A stretch of 64,000 nucleotides of DNA, from assembly GCA_010093605.1 (NCBI GenBank), contig MU004186.1, positions 265,765 through 329,764 of the forward strand, in the 5' to 3' direction. Position numbers and translations under genes: made by a program. The DNA is from Lophium mytilinum. Its lineage: Eukaryota. Positions 59,774 through 64,000 of this stretch are shown here, piece after piece (position 1 is the first letter of the stretch; every line of letters begins with the position of its first letter). The notes under the pieces were generated by a model. It made no database searches, had not been told where the DNA came from, and worked only from the letters and a program-made list of their open reading frames with translations.

Positions 59774-60909
59774 GGCGCCGAGGCATTTCAAGATGTGCGT
59801 TTTCCGAAGAAAGAGTTGCCCATCTATGAGCACTCGGCAATGTATAACCCCGCGTGCAAGCGGTTTCGACAGGATGGCATGCTACAATGAATAGCAAGAG
59901 AAAATAGGTATCATGTGGTAGGATATCACCACTTTTATTGTATCCCGACCGCTGTGTTGAATGCAACGAGCGCGTTCAACTACGAAGGGAAAGTTAAGTA
60001 TATTCGCTAGATACCCCAAAGATCAACTTCAGTTCTCCAACCCCCTCAAAGAATAGGGATGGCAGTAAGTGATGGCTGTTTCGCATGGTTGAACTCGATT
60101 CCAAGGGGTATTGCATGACATGCTATCTCCCAGTTAAACGAGGCTCTTTTTCCTAGAATGAAAAACAGATCTAGCAACCCCCAGGTGCTTTCGCCGGCCT
60201 CGCCGAACCCAGCAGTCAATGTAACTCCTCCCCATGGGCCTCCCTTGCTCTCCGTTTCCTCGCCTTCTTTCTCTGCTTCCTCGTCGTAACTTCTTGATAG
60301 AACTCTTCCTGGTCCCATGGTGCGGCTCCAACAAAGCAGATGCACGAGCATAGTAGGGCGTATTTGCAAGTGTTTTTAAACTTGACCGACAGAGGTGGTT
60401 CTTTGTCTCGGTAACGCTCCATATTTAAGTTAAGAAGTCTAGGAGTTCCTCTCAGTATTACGTATTATTGAGCTGAGGGAAATACACGTACGGCTTGGAA
60501 GAGTCCACTTCTTTGCGACTGACGCTAGACATCGATTCAAACAATAGGGCAGTAATAGTGGAGACTTCTATAAGGGACGAGAGCATAATGACTATGATCC
60601 TCGGCTCTATTCTACGAAGCCAAGATGGTACCAAGGCTCACCGGCGGCTACTAGCAGGATAAGTCCTCTAACCAACATTTGTGGCACCATGCCTCTGCTC
60701 GGCAAGACGTCATGCTACGTACAGTGAGCAGGGATGTCCACAATCCACTGAATTTCGCAGAATTGCAACTGTCAGACTCTACGAAATAATTACCATTCCC
60801 TAACGTACGACAGAAAACCGCTGACATTCCTCAATTTACTATCATTAACTAATTCACTATGATTGACTAGTGTCGGCTACTGTCGAGAACCAGCGTGGAG
60901 AATACCGTG

Positions 60910-60954
60910 CACAGCCACACAGCAAAATCCTCCACAGCCACACGTAAAATCCTC
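60910..60954. repeat. Tandem duplication of about 23 bp (CACAGCCACACxxxAAAATCCTC) x2
   Basis: Read directly from the sequence. Confidence 0.7.
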
Positions 60955-61748
60955 CAACCTAGTACCTAGGCGGGCTTCCAATTGGGAGGTTCCCGCTCAT
61001 ACGTCAAGTACCAAGGTTCATTCCCTGAACTACTAGTCCATACACAGCAGGTTACTTACCCTTCACTTGGGCCTTATCTTATCTTGACAGGCGCCAACAC
61101 TAGATCGTTCCATTTTGACGCCACAATTTGACCCTAAGGACGTTAGATGTGGCAGTGCAGAGCGCAGATCATTTCTGTTCAAGAGTTGGCCAACGGCTCG
61201 CTTGCGGTCATCGATGTGGCGAATGTCGACATCTGGAGCAGGTCGTTGCAAGTGCTGTCACTGAACGACCCAGCAGTAAAGACTGCGTATCAAGCATAGA
61301 ACTTTCATCATCTGATAGTAAAAAGGTTACATTTTACCAATGTTCTTCCAGTCGTAATGTTCTACCGTGAACTACTCCAAAGCCTACAGAAATTCCACAA
61401 ACATACCCCAAAAGCCGACCACTCCAACACCTGCCACGCACTCCTCCCCTCAGCCCACCTGCAGGTTAGCGACCTAAATTATGTTACATTCCCCTCATCC
61501 GCCCTCTAAGTGGCCGAACTACCCGTCGTATCCAGGGCAGAAACCAAGTTTCTGCACCCTCGCGTCAACGACACCATGTCTAGCGCCACAAGTGGCGCAG
61601 ATCACCGCCACTGATCATCATTCTACCCCCCGGGTAGGCCCGCCTAGACGCCCACCTGTCACTGTCTTAAATACCATGGACCCGGGCGCGGGGTCTTGGG
61701 CTGTTGTGTGATTCCCATGCAAACGGGCCATCGTTGTATCTTTTCACG

Positions 61749-63292
61749 ATGCGTTCCATCTTGTCAATGAGTATGGCGGCAGCCTTCTTCATGGTTGCTT
61801 GCGTCTCTGGGAATGTTGTTGAAAGAGAGGTAGAGAAGGCTATGGTTACCCCGCCGCCTATGCCAATTGCTATCGTGGAGGCCGAGCTGAGGAAGAGGGC
61901 GTCGATTGATCCGTAAGTACTCAAATATTTGAAACATCTTACCTTTTGCTCTTGAACTCTTTTACTTTATCTTCAAAGTATCTAATTCCTCCCAGTGTTT
62001 CTCTGGAAGCCGTTCTTCTGACGGCTTTGCCCCTCTCTCTCCAACTCATGGCCTTGACCAACATTCCCGCCGTCTCCAAAGTCCTCTGGTCCGAATTTCT
62101 CGATAACAACAAGCCCGACTGGTTCACTGCCCTCCCAGCAGACATCAAATCATACCTTGTCCGGCAATACGGCCCCTCAACAGCATGGGCTACTACCAGC
62201 GCTCCCTCGGCTAGTTCCTCTCCGAGTTCATTCATCACTTCAACCGCAACCCCTTCTTCCTCCATTGCCCTCCCCATCGCCGCTCCAACCTCCAGCTCCA
62301 GCACCAGCGCTTCTCCCCACCATGGCCTGTCCGCCGGCGCAAAGATAGGCTTGGGCGTCGGCATCCCCATTGCTGTCCTTGCTATCATCGCCGCTCTCCT
62401 CGCATGCTGCCTCCTCCGTCGCCGCCGTCGCAACGCTGCAAAACGCAGTTCCCGGCCTCCAACCCCCGGCTTCATCCCCACGAGCACGCGCCACGGGCAT
62501 TCAACCTCGCAAGACCGTCATCCGCTCCGTGGTGGCGCCGGCGTAGCCTCTCCGGCATCCGCTAGCACAGGCTGGAACCGCGACCGCGACAGCGGCTTTG
62601 GGACTGAGCGCGATAGCGGCATGAGCGGTGGGGAAATGCAACATATTCCCCCACCACCAATCCCCTATCACTCGAGCAACTCGATGAGGGGGTCGAGGAC
62701 CAGTTTCAGTAGCCTCCACTCCGTCCCCGAAGAGCACCCCGTTCACTCTGGTATTCCCGTGGTGCCGCCTCGCTCGCCGCATCGACGGTCGAGATCGGGG
62801 AGTCTAGGGCCTTTCGACGATGCATCCTCCAATCCCCAGAACTTCCCTGCTTTTGTGGCTGGCAATGAGCGGAGGAGGAGCAGTAGCGGGCTGAATCCGG
62901 CGTTCGGGATGAACAAAGCGGAAGAAGCGCATGCGGCGACAGCGGGCCAGCACGCGCACCAACTGCCCGCAACGACGCACCCCGCAAGTCGAGGGCAGGG
63001 TATCTATGCAGGTCAACAAAACCCGTTCGGTAACGAGCACAGCTACGAGAGCTCGTCGGACGAGTACGTGTCCGCGCCGGAGAGTGTGGAGATGCGCCAG
63101 GGGCAGGGCGGTGGAGCGTACCCAGCCTATGGGGGCCATGGCTATGGGCATGGGAATGAGCATCGAGCAGAGCTACAGACGCCGTCGAATGAGTGGCGGG
63201 AGTTTGCGGAGTGGCCTTTGAGGAATGAGACGGCGGGCCAGAGGAGTGCGTATGGGAGGCCGGTTTATGACCGGGTTTATGACGGGACGTGA
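61749..63292 (+). CDS. Single-pass type I membrane protein (Mid2/Wsc-like layout); one intron at about 61913-61995
   Basis: Signal peptide; KR site; PDWFTALPADIKSYL motif; Ser/Thr-rich stalk; GLSAGAKIGLGVGIPIAV TM followed by CCLLRRRRR; disordered cytoplasmic tail. Confidence 0.85.
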
Positions 63293-64000
63293 GTGATTGA
63301 TCATGAACTAGAACGTTCGTTTCTATGTTTGATTTCTTTACGTGCAATGAGGTATAGGAATGGGATATCCCAAGGGATGGCGTTTGGCGGATTCATACTT
63401 TCTCTTTTCATTCCTTTCAGAGGGATAGGAAGTACGGTCTCTGGATTTCTTTTCTCTACGAACTTGTCAGCAATGTATAGGGTCTGCTGTATCTAGCCGA
63501 GAAGCCAAAGCACTTCTAAGTTTAATCTCCTTCCCAACGAACTATTGTCAGCAAATTGTACGACATGCAGAGCCGGCACCTATCTTCCAAATTCATATCG
63601 CGTGCGCATCACGTGCTGCCGCTACCCATGAGGTACAAAATTTTTCACTCCCTTCAGTTTGTTTTCTTTCCTTAAGGTGTCGCAAGATAAAGCGGAGGAA
63701 AACTTGTATGCATCGACAACTAATGGAGTGGATTAACTGCAAGCAACGGATGACTCTATGTTGCGAGGCTGTTTGCTGCAGTCCCAAGTTTTTGAAGCTA
63801 TGTCTTCATGCCCATCATTACCAATCAACGTAGATGATTCCCACCTCTTTACATCACAACTTCTCTAGCGCGTCGAAGATTTCCATCAGCACTATTTGCA
63901 CATAGTGACGTTCTTCGTCTCTCGTTGCATCACTAATGCTCCAAATATTCTCTGCCTACTTAACCTAAATACCCAACCATCCCAACCATCAACTCTTACT

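Overview
Gene-dense, intron-containing genomic DNA from a filamentous ascomycete (Pezizomycotina). The taxon is inferred from short GT-AG introns with CTAAC/CTGAC branch sites and from the protein families. Housekeeping genes include a peroxisomal ABCD transporter, Sec6, Ceg1, a GT34 mannosyltransferase, mannose-6-phosphate isomerase, Sde2, Rps10, beta-alanine synthase, a cyclin-like protein, frataxin and AP-3 sigma. Two accessory-looking blocks interrupt them. Block 1 (about 18-32 kb) has three orphan ORFs, followed by a tailoring-enzyme group with no backbone synthase: a sulfotransferase-like P-loop protein, two P450s, a hydrolase pseudogene and a membrane protein. Its intergenic DNA repeats a C(C/G)GACTC motif. 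Block 2 (about 39.6-51.3 kb) has a zinc-finger relic, three MITE families, a formate/nitrite channel and a hydrolase-NACHT-ankyrin NLR-type gene. The most unusual signal is a 216-bp non-autonomous transposon present twice, with CACAGT...ACTGTG ends and two different 4-bp TSDs (Chapaev/CMC-like or Transib-like signature). One copy carries a nested TA-MITE. An ORF-poor region at 16.3-17.5 kb has a clean intron and may be a spliced ncRNA. Exon boundaries were read by eye and family names come from motif recognition; no database searches were run.
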